Notes under the pieces: model-generated
Database searches by the model: none
What the model saw: the letters and a program-made list of their open reading frames with translations, nothing else
What the model was told of the DNA's origin: nothing
Part shown: positions 1 through 10,700 of the stretch, piece by piece
Layout of the letters: every line of letters starts with the position of its first letter
How positions within the stretch are numbered: the first letter of the stretch is position 1
Position numbers and translations under genes: made by a program
Assembly: GCA_051362555.1 (NCBI GenBank)
Contig: CM120642.1
Location: forward strand, 19,778,001 to 19,842,000
Direction: 5' to 3'
DNA length: 64,000 nucleotides
Origin: Lingula anatina
Lineage: Eukaryota > Animalia > Brachiopoda

Positions 1-12
1 TGTTTTTTCCAG

Positions 13-134
13 GCAAGGGTAGTAATGTTTCGGCCTCTCCATCTCGAGTCCCTACAGTGCAATTTAAGGAAGTGGAGGTCAAACAACTGGGAAGACCAAC
101 ACCACAGTTCAGACCAGCCTTATCTGCACAATAG
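13..134 (+). CDS. Probable terminal coding exon of an unidentified plus-strand gene that begins upstream of the window
   Basis: Pyrimidine tract plus acceptor ttttttccAG at 3-12, then an open frame (G)KGSNVSASPSRVPTVQFKEVEVKQLGRPTPQFRPALSAQ ending at TAG 132-134, followed by AT-rich UTR-like sequence. No recognisable homology. Confidence 0.4.
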
Positions 135-2308
135 GGGGCATCACTGTCTTCACTATCTGCTCAGTAAATGGCAGCTGGTTATTATCATGGGCTTGTTTTC
201 ATATAAAAAAAAATTGAAAATTCCATGACATAAAAACTTTAATTCACAATGACTGCTTCTTAATGTGGGTATTCTTTTAAACAAATCTCAAGAAAGCTTT
301 TGTGAAGCCTGGAAAGTAAAGGGCCTAAATGGAAAGTTTAGGGTGTGCATGTTAGTAGAAAAAAATTATGTTGCCAATTATTATTTAATACATGAACTTT
401 CAATTTATTTCTGTGTTTCATGTTCCAATACTGCAACTGTAAAAATTGTGGACCATTATTAATACAATGTTTCACTTGGATTGTGCATTTAAAAAGTATT
501 GCATCTGGAACCAGTGTGCATGCATGTAGAATTAATAGTGCTTTTATTATGTATGTAAAATGTGGTGATATGTACATAATATATTTTTATCCAACAAAAC
601 ATGTAATTTTTAGTAAAATGAAGTTTATAAAAAATGTAAAATGGTACAACAGAGACAATTTTGTTATGTTTACCGGTATATTGTGCTACAGGTACTACTA
701 GTTACTGTAGTTCTACTCCAGTAATGTACACACTAGTGAAAGGCTTACATTCCCCCTCCCATCCCATCCAATTTATCTTTTCAAAACTCTGGTGCACCAA
801 CAACCAGACACACTTTATCAAATATACCTTAAGAAAACACATTCTTAGCTTATATTACCTGAAAAGATAAACTTTATTGGTTTATTTTCTTGAATATGCT
901 TCAAATTTGATTCATTTGACCTATGACCCCATTTTACTACAAGTGTGGCATGATTCAGTGTTACATTGTATGTGGAAACACCGTAACACACCATCCTCCT
1001 GCCATCCAGCATAATTTTGGTAAACATGCCTTGAATTCACTTGGGAGTTGTTGTTGAAATGGCCTTTTATCTATATAGGCTATTCGTGAAAAAAATACTT
1101 TCCCGCACCAGTATTCCCTCTTTGTAAATTTGTGCATTATGCGTAAGATACAACCTACACCAATAGATCCCTGCATTGAACCATCCCCTGTATCATTACC
1201 GTATACGCGCATCATAACTCCCCACACCGAAAATCGCATCATTGCTTCCCCGCATCTTTACTCTCCTGCATACTGGTAGTTACTTCCCCGATACATTCTT
1301 CACATTACCGACATTGTTATTTATCAATATATTAAAAATAGGCCATGTAAATTGATTAGTTGGCTAACAAATCAGGAGCGGGGCTTACCCTTAATTTGAG
1401 TTTTTTTTTTTGTTTTTTTTTGCAAATGGAAAAATGCATTGGGAAGGCCTGTTTGCAAGCTAAATGGAAAAATTACAACTGGCCCCAGGGAACCCCTTGA
1501 TGATGGTGCTTATAAATATATGCTTTTAAATCACCTACATGTACACTTTTGATTTAACATACTCTTTTGTATAAACATTTTTTTTTTCAATTCTGAGTCT
1601 GACTGACCATAAAATTAAGTGGCACTGCTCATTAATCTTATTTGAAATTGAAAAAGAAAAAAAAATTAAATTTGTCCAACGATCATGTTTTTTATACTGT
1701 AGTGTAATATTACACCACAGGTGCTGTTTAGTGCTGTTCATTATTTTGTGAACTGCACTTATAGAAGATATGTCAATTTCTTCCTCTTCTTTCGGTGGAA
1801 TATCCATTCAATGTATCAAGTAAAATTTGCGAATTGGAAAATTTAACTGGTGAGCTGAATGCCAAAATGTGTCCAAAACTGAACAAATTTAGTCAAAGAT
1901 GATATTTACAAATAGGCTTTAAAGGTGGCGCCATTGTAAACTTTTATTTGCAGTGGACAAAAAAAAGCACTCATACAACTAATTTGTGGTCAAATTATTT
2001 ATATAGGAAACGTTCTGAGAAAATCCAACACAGACAACAATAGCCAGTTGAAATATATAAATATTGTGTTTAATGTTCACACGTTGCTTGCTCAGTTCAT
2101 TCTAACCACATATTATATTTGTGGGGAATCCAACTCTTTTTTAATCGTAAACTAAGACAAAGATTCTTAAACTTTGTCCTTATGCAGACAATTAAGCAAG
2201 GTGGCTTAATGTACCTTTTTAGATCTTACTATATACATTAGAAAAAGGGATTATCGACAATTACCATTTCTCTAGTTCGTAATTGTGTTGCCTGTTTGTG
2301 AGTGAAAA

Positions 2309-2312
<4 letters not shown>

Positions 2313-2352
<40 letters not shown>
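2313..2352. repeat. (TA)n microsatellite
   Basis: Directly visible. Other (TA)n tracts at ~30853-30888, ~58661-58703 and ~60798-60870. Confidence 0.95.
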
Positions 2353-2361
<9 letters not shown>

Positions 2362-2976
2362 TCTTTTTATACAATGAACAGATGTACCAGGTAAATTATT
2401 GGTGAGATGAACCTTGGTGTAATTATAAATTTACCATAATTATTAAAGCGAGAGGCATATGGATACAATCACATGTTACACAAAAGGAGCAGTTCAAACT
2501 TTCAAGAGAAGGAGAACTACAATTACATAAGAAATGGATAAGTAAATAACACAGTTACACAGGTATAAATATTGTGACTCTTGACCGTGTGCCATGTTTA
2601 GTCCCCCTGCCGAGTCACTTCTCACAACAGTGGGAACATAAAATGACATTTTTTAATATATCCTAAGAGTTACCAAGCAGAGCAACCAATTCATTTCTTT
2701 TCTTGAATGATTTTATTATATATTAATTGGAAAGGAGACTAAAATATCTTTGCTGGTGCTGTTAAATACTTGGCATAATTGACTGTCTGGTGACCTTGTA
2801 TCAGCTTTTAGGGTAGCCGTTGAGATTTTACTTAAAAAGGTGTCTCAGTCTGCTTTGTACATTGGGCATTGGTATAATAATAATAATAATAATAATAATA
2901 ATTTATTGTCATATTTATACAAATATAAAATGAAAGTTGGTATGATCTGTCGATAAAATGTGATACAGTGGAATTA

Positions 2977-5253
2977 TTAAAATACATTTTGTTCATTAAA
3001 AATACGTACTGCTGATGGATAAAAACTATTCTTAGTGCGCGTGGAGGTTGCTTTTAATGACCGCAGTCGGCTTGTTGACATATGCATAAGTAGGCTATTC
3101 GCTGGGTGACCAGGGTCACTCGTGATTGACTTTACTTTCTTGAGCACTCGTCTCGTATACAAACATTCAATAGACGGCAGGTCCCTACCTACAATGCGCC
3201 TGGCAGTTTTTACTACGCGGTTGAGGCGATTCTTGTCCTCTACTGTAGCACTACTGTACCAGACGGTGAAAGATTGTGTTAGCACACTCTCAATCACAGC
3301 CCGGTAAAATTTAGCCAGCAGTTCTTGGTTGACATAGAATGACCTCAATCGTCGTAGAAAGTAGAGTCTTTGCTGAGCTTTGCGGACAATATCATCTATG
3401 TTAATGTGCCATTTAAGATCATCAGATATATGTATGCCAAGAAATTTGAAATGTCTGACTATTTCAACCTCAGAACCATTCAGCGTAAGATGGCTAATTT
3501 CTGTTGGGTTTTTCCTAAAATCTACAATAATTTCTTTTGTCTTTTTAACGTTAAGCTCGAGGTCGTTTTCAGAGCACCATGAAACAAGGGCCGAAACTTG
3601 ATTTCGATAGTCAGACTCGGAAGTGCTAATAAGGCCAGCGCAGGTGGTATCATCTGCAAACTTAACAATCAAGCAATCAGGATACGAAGCCACACAGTCG
3701 GATGTAAACAGAGAATATAAGAGAGGCGAGATGACGCAGCCCTGAGGCGTGCCAGTATTTATCTCTATAGTCTTGGAAAAGTTATTGCCGACTCTGACCT
3801 GTTGTGTACGATTAATTAAGAAATTTAAAATCCAATTACTTAGTGATTCACTAAAATGGAGAGAGTTAATAAGTTTTTCGTGAAGTTTAAAAGGCGATAT
3901 CGTGTTAAAAGCAGAACTATAGTCAATAAAAAGTAACCTTGCATAGTTAGGGATTTTACGATCCAAAAAAGTAAGAACATTATGTAGAGTAATAGCAACA
4001 GCATCTTCCGTCGACCTGTTCTTTCTATATGCAAATTGAAAAGGGTCGAAGGACTTCGGTAATTTTGATTTCACATGTTGCATAACAAATTTCTCAAGCA
4101 CTTTCATAACAATGGAAGTTAGAGCTACAGGCCTAAAGTCATTAAGACAGGTAACAGGCGTGCGCTTTGGAACAGGTATTATCACAGATTGTTTAAATAT
4201 TTTTGGCACATAGCTAGAGCGTAAAGACCAATTGTAGATGTTGCACAGTACACCAGAGAGCTCATCGGCACATAATTTCAGCAACCTAGGTGTAATCCCA
4301 TCCGGACCTGCCGCTTTCTTAACTTTCAATCTAATAAGACCAAGCCGGGTGTCTTCTTCCGACAGCTGGAAGGGTGCTTCTTTATCTCGAGAACAGATGA
4401 TAGGAGATATAGTATTTGGTCTGTCGAAGCGGGCGTAGAATTCATTCAACTTGTCTGGTAGGCTGGTGTCATCCGTGGGTGAGAGTTTGGTTTTAGGTTT
4501 GTAGCCGGTGATTTTGTTCACTCCCTGCCAGAGCTCACTAGAATTACAGCTGGAGATGTCTGCCTCAAGTTTATCTCTATACCGCAACTTAGCGCGCTTG
4601 ATGGCCCGGCGCAGGTCATATTTTGACCGCTTGATAGCGTCCAAATTGCCCAATCTGAATGCTTCCTGTCTGGCCACAAGTTGTTTACGTACTGAGGAAC
4701 AAAACCAAGGTTTGTTGTTTGGATATGATGTAACAGTTTTACTCGGAATGCATAATTCCTCGCAGAATTTTATGTAGCTCATTGTCACTTCAGCACATTC
4801 ATCAAGATCAGCTGCATCCCGGAGAAATAAGTCCCAGTCAGTGCATGCAAAACAGCCACGAAGTCGTTCTATTGCGTCCTCACTAAACTGATGAATTACT
4901 CTACGTACCGGTTTTTCACGCTTCAGCTGTTGTTTGTATGCTGGGACGAGATGGATCATGTTGTGGTCTGACTTATCCAATGGTGGTCGTTTCAGTGATT
5001 TATAAGCACCCCTGATCGTTGTGTAACAGTGGTCTAGTGTTTTATCTTTCCTAGTATGGCACGATACATGTTGAAAATACTTAGGTAAACCCTTTTTCAG
5101 GTTTGTGTGGTTGAAATCTCCTGCTATGATAGACAGTATTCCTGGGTTTGCATTTTCATAGTCTGTTATAATCTGTGTGAGTTGACTGATGGCCGACTTG
5201 GCGTCCGCATCGGGTGGAATATATACAACTGTAAGAATGACTGATGTGAACTC
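2977..5253 (-). CDS. LINE ORF2 (partial endonuclease + reverse transcriptase), uninterrupted for ~760 codons
   Basis: ORF-track 768 aa frame. The first ~10 residues (MRSVAKCGST) come from the inserted element's terminal repeat, not the LINE. Confidence 0.9.
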   Translation of the reverse strand, partial: EFTSVILTVVYIPPDADAKSAISQLTQIITDYENANPGILSIIAGDFNHTNLKKGLPKYFQHVSCHTRKDKTLDHCYTTIRGAYKSLKRPPLDKSDHNMIHLVPAYKQQLKREKPVRRVIHQFSEDAIERLRGCFACTDWDLFLRDAADLDECAEVTMSYIKFCEELCIPSKTVTSYPNNKPWFCSSVRKQLVARQEAFRLGNLDAIKRSKYDLRRAIKRAKLRYRDKLEADISSCNSSELWQGVNKITGYKPKTKLSPTDDTSLPDKLNEFYARFDRPNTISPIICSRDKEAPFQLSEEDTRLGLIRLKVKKAAGPDGITPRLLKLCADELSGVLCNIYNWSLRSSYVPKIFKQSVIIPVPKRTPVTCLNDFRPVALTSIVMKVLEKFVMQHVKSKLPKSFDPFQFAYRKNRSTEDAVAITLHNVLTFLDRKIPNYARLLFIDYSSAFNTISPFKLHEKLINSLHFSESLSNWILNFLINRTQQVRVGNNFSKTIEINTGTPQGCVISPLLYSLFTSDCVASYPDCLIVKFADDTTCAGLISTSESDYRNQVSALVSWCSENDLELNVKKTKEIIVDFRKNPTEISHLTLNGSEVEIVRHFKFLGIHISDDLKWHINIDDIVRKAQQRLYFLRRLRSFYVNQELLAKFYRAVIESVLTQSFTVWYSSATVEDKNRLNRVVKTARRIVGRDLPSIECLYTRRVLKKVKSITSDPGHPANSLLMHMSTSRLRSLKATSTRTKNSFYPSAVRIFNEQNVF

Positions 5254-7537
5254 TGTAGAGCCGCATTTTGCAACCGACCGCATTTTGCAACCGGTTGCAA
5301 AATGCGTTCAGTTGCAAAATGCGGTCCTACTAAGTAGAGCCGCATTTTGCAACTGAACGCATTTTGCAACTGCAACGCATTTTGCAACCAAAGAAAATCG
5401 TGAAAACGCATTTTGCAACTGCAACGCATTTTGCAACCAGGATTTTTTTCTAAGTTCCTAAAACAGTTTGAGGTACGAAACAGGTAGAAATGGAGTGGGG
5501 ACGGGTTTGCTTCGACGAGGTACGCTGAAACTGGTCAGGTTGCCTCTAGGGCGGGGAAAATATATAATCTATTTCACATTGTAATTTCTTATACCATTAG
5601 GGTTAGGAAGTTGAAACGTCAGGGAATAAAGAAAGATATTGTTAGGCATGTACATAGGGGTGTGGCCGTCCCTAGGGGTGGTTGATTGTAATTTTACATT
5701 GTATTTTCTGTTATCTACCCTTATATCTTTAGAATTAGGAAATAAAAGCGTTGGGGATTAATACATCATCGTAAGAAATGTGCGTGGGCACTTCAGATTT
5801 TTGGGGAGTTGGGGTGTGTTTTTCTCTGGGGTGGTTGAGATCGTTAGAGATGTGCTTGGGCACAACGGAATTTTTGGTGACTTGGGGAGTGGCCGTCCCT
5901 GGGGATGGTTACTTGACTGTAATATTTTCACCGTAATTTCTGTCATCTCTTTCTCGACCATTCGAGTTAGGAACATGAGTCTTTGGTGCATGGGTACAGG
6001 GGAATTTTAGTGTGACTTTGGGTGTGACTGTCCCTCAGGGGATGGGGTGATTGGTGGCATGTCAGACAATTAAGCTGATTCCACTGATTGCACTTAAGTG
6101 AGATCCCCTGCAGAGTTGGACCGACCCAGCTAGTAGGATGTGTGAATCTGAAAGCGGTCTTCGAGTTAAGAATGAAGGTGAATGCAAAGAAAGCAGCAGA
6201 CAGCACTTAATAACAGACCTTTAGCGGTGTGCTTGGATGTAGGTCAAGTTAATTAAAAACCCATGCAAGACCCCATACTTTCAAGAATCTTTGTGCATAG
6301 CCTCTGTATAGCAACACACATGCTAATTACTATTTATGATTAATTAACATGTTTGTTTCGTATTAAGACACAGCGGCTAGTTGAATGCCAGGATTTCCGA
6401 GTGTGTAGGGCCTTGTGGTTGGCATGGATCAAAAGGAGCAGCTTTAACTGGATTCTTTGACCTATATTCATGCCTATGACTGTAAGTCCGTTTAGTGCTA
6501 TGTGCGCTGCTGCTGTTCTCTACATTCCTCAAAGACCCATGCACATTCATAAAAAGTGACTGGTTTATCAATCCCCAACGTTTCAAGTTCCTAACTCTAA
6601 GAGTAGATAGTAGAAATAACGGTGCAAAAAATAGAATCAGCCACCCCCAGGGACGGCCACACCCATCAAAAACGCAGAAGGATCCATACATATCCCTAAA
6701 GACATGTTTTCAATCCCCATAGCCTTCCGTTCCTAACTTATATGGTCTAAAGGTAGATAGCAGAAATTACAACGTCTAATTGTATTCAACCACCCCCAGG
6801 ACCACAACCTAAGTCAAAAAAAAATTAAATGCCCTTCAACATCCCAAATGATACTGTAGCTACGTTTCATGTTTTAACTCAAATGGCCGATACAATGGGT
6901 AGATAGCAGAAGATACGTTGTAAAATTAGAATCAACCACCCCCAGGGACAACCACACCCATGTCACAATAAATTTCCGAAGTGCCCCTGCATATTTCTTA
7001 CGATAGTTTATTAATCCCCAACGTTTTTATTTCCTAATTCTGAAGATATAAGGGTAGATAGGAGAAAAATACGAAGTAAAAAGTACAATCAACCACCCCT
7101 AGGGACGGCCACACCCCCAATTAAAAAAAAATCCGAAATCCCATGGACATGCCTAAAAAAATGTTTATTAACGTTTAGACTTCCTAACACTAATGGATTA
7201 GGAAATTACAACGTGAAATAAGTTTTATATTATCGTCCACCCCAGGGGCAGCCTGGCCAGTTTCAGCATACATAGTAGAAGCAAACCCGTCCCCACTCCA
7301 ATTCTACCTGTCTCGTACTTCAAGCTGTTTCAGGGACTTAGAAAAAAATCCTGGTTGCAAAATGCGTTGCAGTTGCAAAATGCGTTTTCACGGTTTTCTT
7401 TGGTTGCAAAATGCGTTGGAGTTGCAAAAAGCGTTCAGTTGCAAAATGCGGCTCTACTTAGTAGGACCGCATTTTGCAACTGAACGCATTTTGCAACCGG
7501 TTGCAAAATGCGGTCGGTTGCAAAATGCGGCTCTACA
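5254..7537. mobile_element. Non-autonomous foldback/TIR DNA transposon (~2.28 kb), possibly Ginger-like
   Basis: Termini TGTAGAGCCGCATTTTGCAAC...GTTGCAAAATGCGGCTCTACA. About 200 bp of near-perfect inverted repeat built from CGCATTTTGCAAC units, with imperfect inverted similarity out to ~550 bp. Flanks read as a 4-bp TSD ACTC with TG..CA ends, or a 6-bp TSD AACTCT with GT..AC ends. No transposase ORF inside. Superfamily assignment is inference. Confidence 0.9.
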
Positions 7538-7717
7538 ACTCTCGTGGCAAGTAGAACGGGCGGCACTTGATGACTAGAGTCTCTAGTTCCTTGGTACAGC
7601 ATCTGGATAGTACCTTCGCGTTATTGCACCAGGAGTAATTTTTCAATATAGAAAATGGTATTCATCTTCAGTTACCCCTTGGGTCAATTATCTGCAAATA
7701 TAACTTAACAACAGTAC

Positions 7718-10700
7718 TTAAATTCCCAGAGAAGCCAAATTGACTTCATCCTGGTCATCCACAACCTCCTCTTCCTCCCAGTCGATCGCATTATGTTTCA
7801 TCAGGGTCGTCATCATGGTCTCAATGTGCTTTGTACAGGATTTGAGGGCCTTCACCTCAGCCCTCACCTGTCCCTTCAGCTTCAAGATATCTGTTCTGGT
7901 CAACTTCTGTTGTTCCTCTATGAAATTGATGCGGTCCTGGAAGAGGAATTGTTGTACCAACAGCTGTTTTACATTATGTCTTGAAATTTTATTTTGTTTC
8001 ACTCATGCTTGCTTCTTTAAAGGTTCAGCCTTACTTGCATGTAATTAAAACAAGAGACCTTACCATCTTTAATAGCTCTTCAGAAGCAAAAATCAGAGAG
8101 TGTAATTAACATCAGTGTCTCAAGTTACAACACAGAAAACTGGAAGCACTGACAATTCAGAGCGCCATGTACAGTGGTACAGTACAGTGTAAGGCCTAAA
8201 AGAGAGGCGATACTGCCTCCAGGTATTGTACCACCAGTTGGGGTAAGCTCATTTGTATGGAAAAAAAATGTGCTTCACAAGCTGTACAAAATGCAATAAA
8301 CAAGAATTCTCAATTTTTGGCATCTAATGAAATCTCCACATATATGTGACTTTTCTCACATTTATAGTAATTTTTCAAATTTTGGTCAAGGGTGCATTGC
8401 AACGAGTGCCACACCTAGCCCAGTGCACCGACAAAGCCCAAAATTTACATGGATCAAGTTAAAATTATATGTGACCTACATCCAAGAGATGAGTTACACA
8501 GGCTCTTGTAGTCTAGGGGTGCATTCCCAGAGATTTAGATTGATCCAGAAATTTAGATTTAGATCGACCTAACTCCCTGGAGGTTCATGCTAAATTGCAG
8601 TCAGTTGAGTGCGCAGCATAGTTAATTACCCCCTTACAGCTTTTAGTAGGCAGGACAAATGCTTAAGCTGGCTAACCTGACAGTAATCTAGTTAGACTCC
8701 CCACTGGGATAGATCGATCTAAAATCTATGGGAATGGAGTCTAGGAGGAGAGCGTTAATGGTGATGTGGCAATGGAGCCAGCGAACGAGAGGGGTTAGGA
8801 CAAAAGCCATTTGTACCACCAGTGCTGTGCAGGTGATATAATTAACAAAACATATTTGTTGCATATATACTACACGGCTCTCTATAATAAGTTTACAAAA
8901 TACTATACTCAGTCTTTAAGTTTATATGGAAATTAATATATACTTACCAGCTCTGGCTGCAACATATGTGCAACGGATGCAGATGTCAAGGGCTTATCCT
9001 TGGTAAACCAGCTCTGTTGTTTAGGCTTCAGTACCTCTTGCTTAATTACCATCCTTTTCCGGTATTTGATAGGTATTTGATTTTCCACATCTAATGCCAA
9101 GTCAACCTGAAAATGGAGATCTCTTCATAAATTGACTCTACAGCCAATGTCTTGACATTAATCTGTATATAACAAAGATTAACCAAAACAAGGCAGCAAA
9201 GCTGTCAAATGTACAGACAAAAAAACAGAAAATAAAGATGCAAATAAGTGAAAAATTAAATTTTCACAAAAAACTGTTAAATTGCCAGAAAAATTTACCA
9301 AACAGACTGCATTGCCTATTGAAGCTGTATGTTAGACCCATGTTTCTTTCCTGTAAGTTTGAGAACAGTAAGTGACATGATTTCCCTTAAATGGTCATCA
9401 TAGGAGCAGTGCCCAAAATAGGGGTTTCTTCAAATTTTGATGCAACATTACATAATGTTGAATAGCATGATGACAATCAAATGTTATTAATAAAATATTA
9501 GTAACATGGACATTCAGAAAATGTGACAAGCAAAAGTCTTCAGGATCATGGAACTTTAAAGTCACACCTTGTAAATGCCAATATGTAAAAAATTAAATTT
9601 TCACAAAAAACTGTTTAACTGCCAAAAAAAAAAAAAAAAAGAAAAAAAAAAATACCAAACCGACTGCATTGCCTACTGAAGCTGTCTTTTAGTCCCAGGT
9701 TTCTTTCCTGTAAGTTTGAGAACAGTAAGTGACATGATTTTCCTTAAATGGTCATCATGGAAGCAGTGCCCAAAATAGGGGTTTCTTAAATTTTGATGCA
9801 ATATTACATAATGTTTAACAGCTTAATGACCATCAATTTTTACTTATAAAATATTTGTATCACAGATATTCAGAAAATATGACTAGCAAAGGTGTTCAGG
9901 CCCATGGAACTTCAAAGTCACACCTTGAAAATGCCAAAATGTAAACAAGACAGCACTGTTCTGAAATGGGTTTATTTCCATTTTTAACACTTTTTTAACA
10001 TAAAACAAAATAAACATTTTACTGCCATTTTTATATGACCAACTAAGAAAATTGATGAGATGGGAAAACTATCAATAGAACAGTGTTAAATGTCCAATTT
10101 CCTCCATTCTGAGATTCTGAACATAGTGGATGATTGAATCTGACAAACTGCAATGATATGAGTTTATTTCCATTTTTGACACTTTATTACACAATACATG
10201 ATAACAAGTTTACCATGTTTTTTACATAATCAACTAACAATGTTGTAAAGATGCAGGAAATATCAAACAAACACTTTTAGGCATCTTATTAGTTAAATAA
10301 TGAGACTGTTAACATGCCTAATAATTGAATCTGAAGACATGTGAAAAAACAGTATAACTTCTAAAATAATGGCCCGATTATGCTGATTTTCGAACTCATC
10401 CTGCTTTTTAGTAAGATTGACCACTCCTGTGAGTATAATTACAATTGGCCAATCCGTTTTTCTTATATTGTGTTATCAGTGTTGCATTTATATTGAAAAT
10501 AGTGAAAAAACAGCATAAATTCCCTAAAAATGGCCCAATCATGCTGATTTTCAAACTTGACCTGCGTATTATGAATATTCATCAGTTCTGTAAGTTTCAA
10601 GTCAAAAGGTAAAATGGTTTTCTACTTATCGTGTTATCGGTGCTGCATATATGCTGAAAAAAGTGAAAAAACAGCATAAATTCCCTAAAAGTGACCCAAT

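Larger units (their letters stand above)
2875..7640 (-). mobile_element. 5'-truncated Rex1/Babar-type non-LTR retrotransposon (LINE), interrupted by a foldback element
   Basis: APE endonuclease motifs (VVYIPP, IIAGDFN, TLDHCY, SDH) and RT motifs (FRPVAL, FIDYSSAFNTI, GTPQGCVISP, KFADD), plus the C-terminal KAQQRLYFLRRLR segment typical of Rex1/Babar. The 3' end has AATAAA followed by a (TTA)n tail (2875-2907). The frame resumes beyond the insertion at 7538-7640 as WCNNAKVLSRCCTKELETLVIKCRPFYLPRE. Confidence 0.92.

Noticed and set aside
5254-5283. ATG start of the 768-aa RT ORF
   Set aside because: The ATG lies in the foldback's terminal repeat. The true LINE frame continues at 7538-7640 and is 5'-truncated, so the element is not autonomous.
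5166-7577. Twin ORFs MRCSCKMRFH... at 5166-5429 (-) and 7362-7577 (+)
   Set aside because: They are translations of the two inverted terminal repeats, not genes.
7937-8002. ORF-track N-terminal extension of the last TRPA1 exon
   Set aside because: A good acceptor (ttcctcttccAG) at 7937-7938 is in phase with the previous exon, so the extension is probably intronic.
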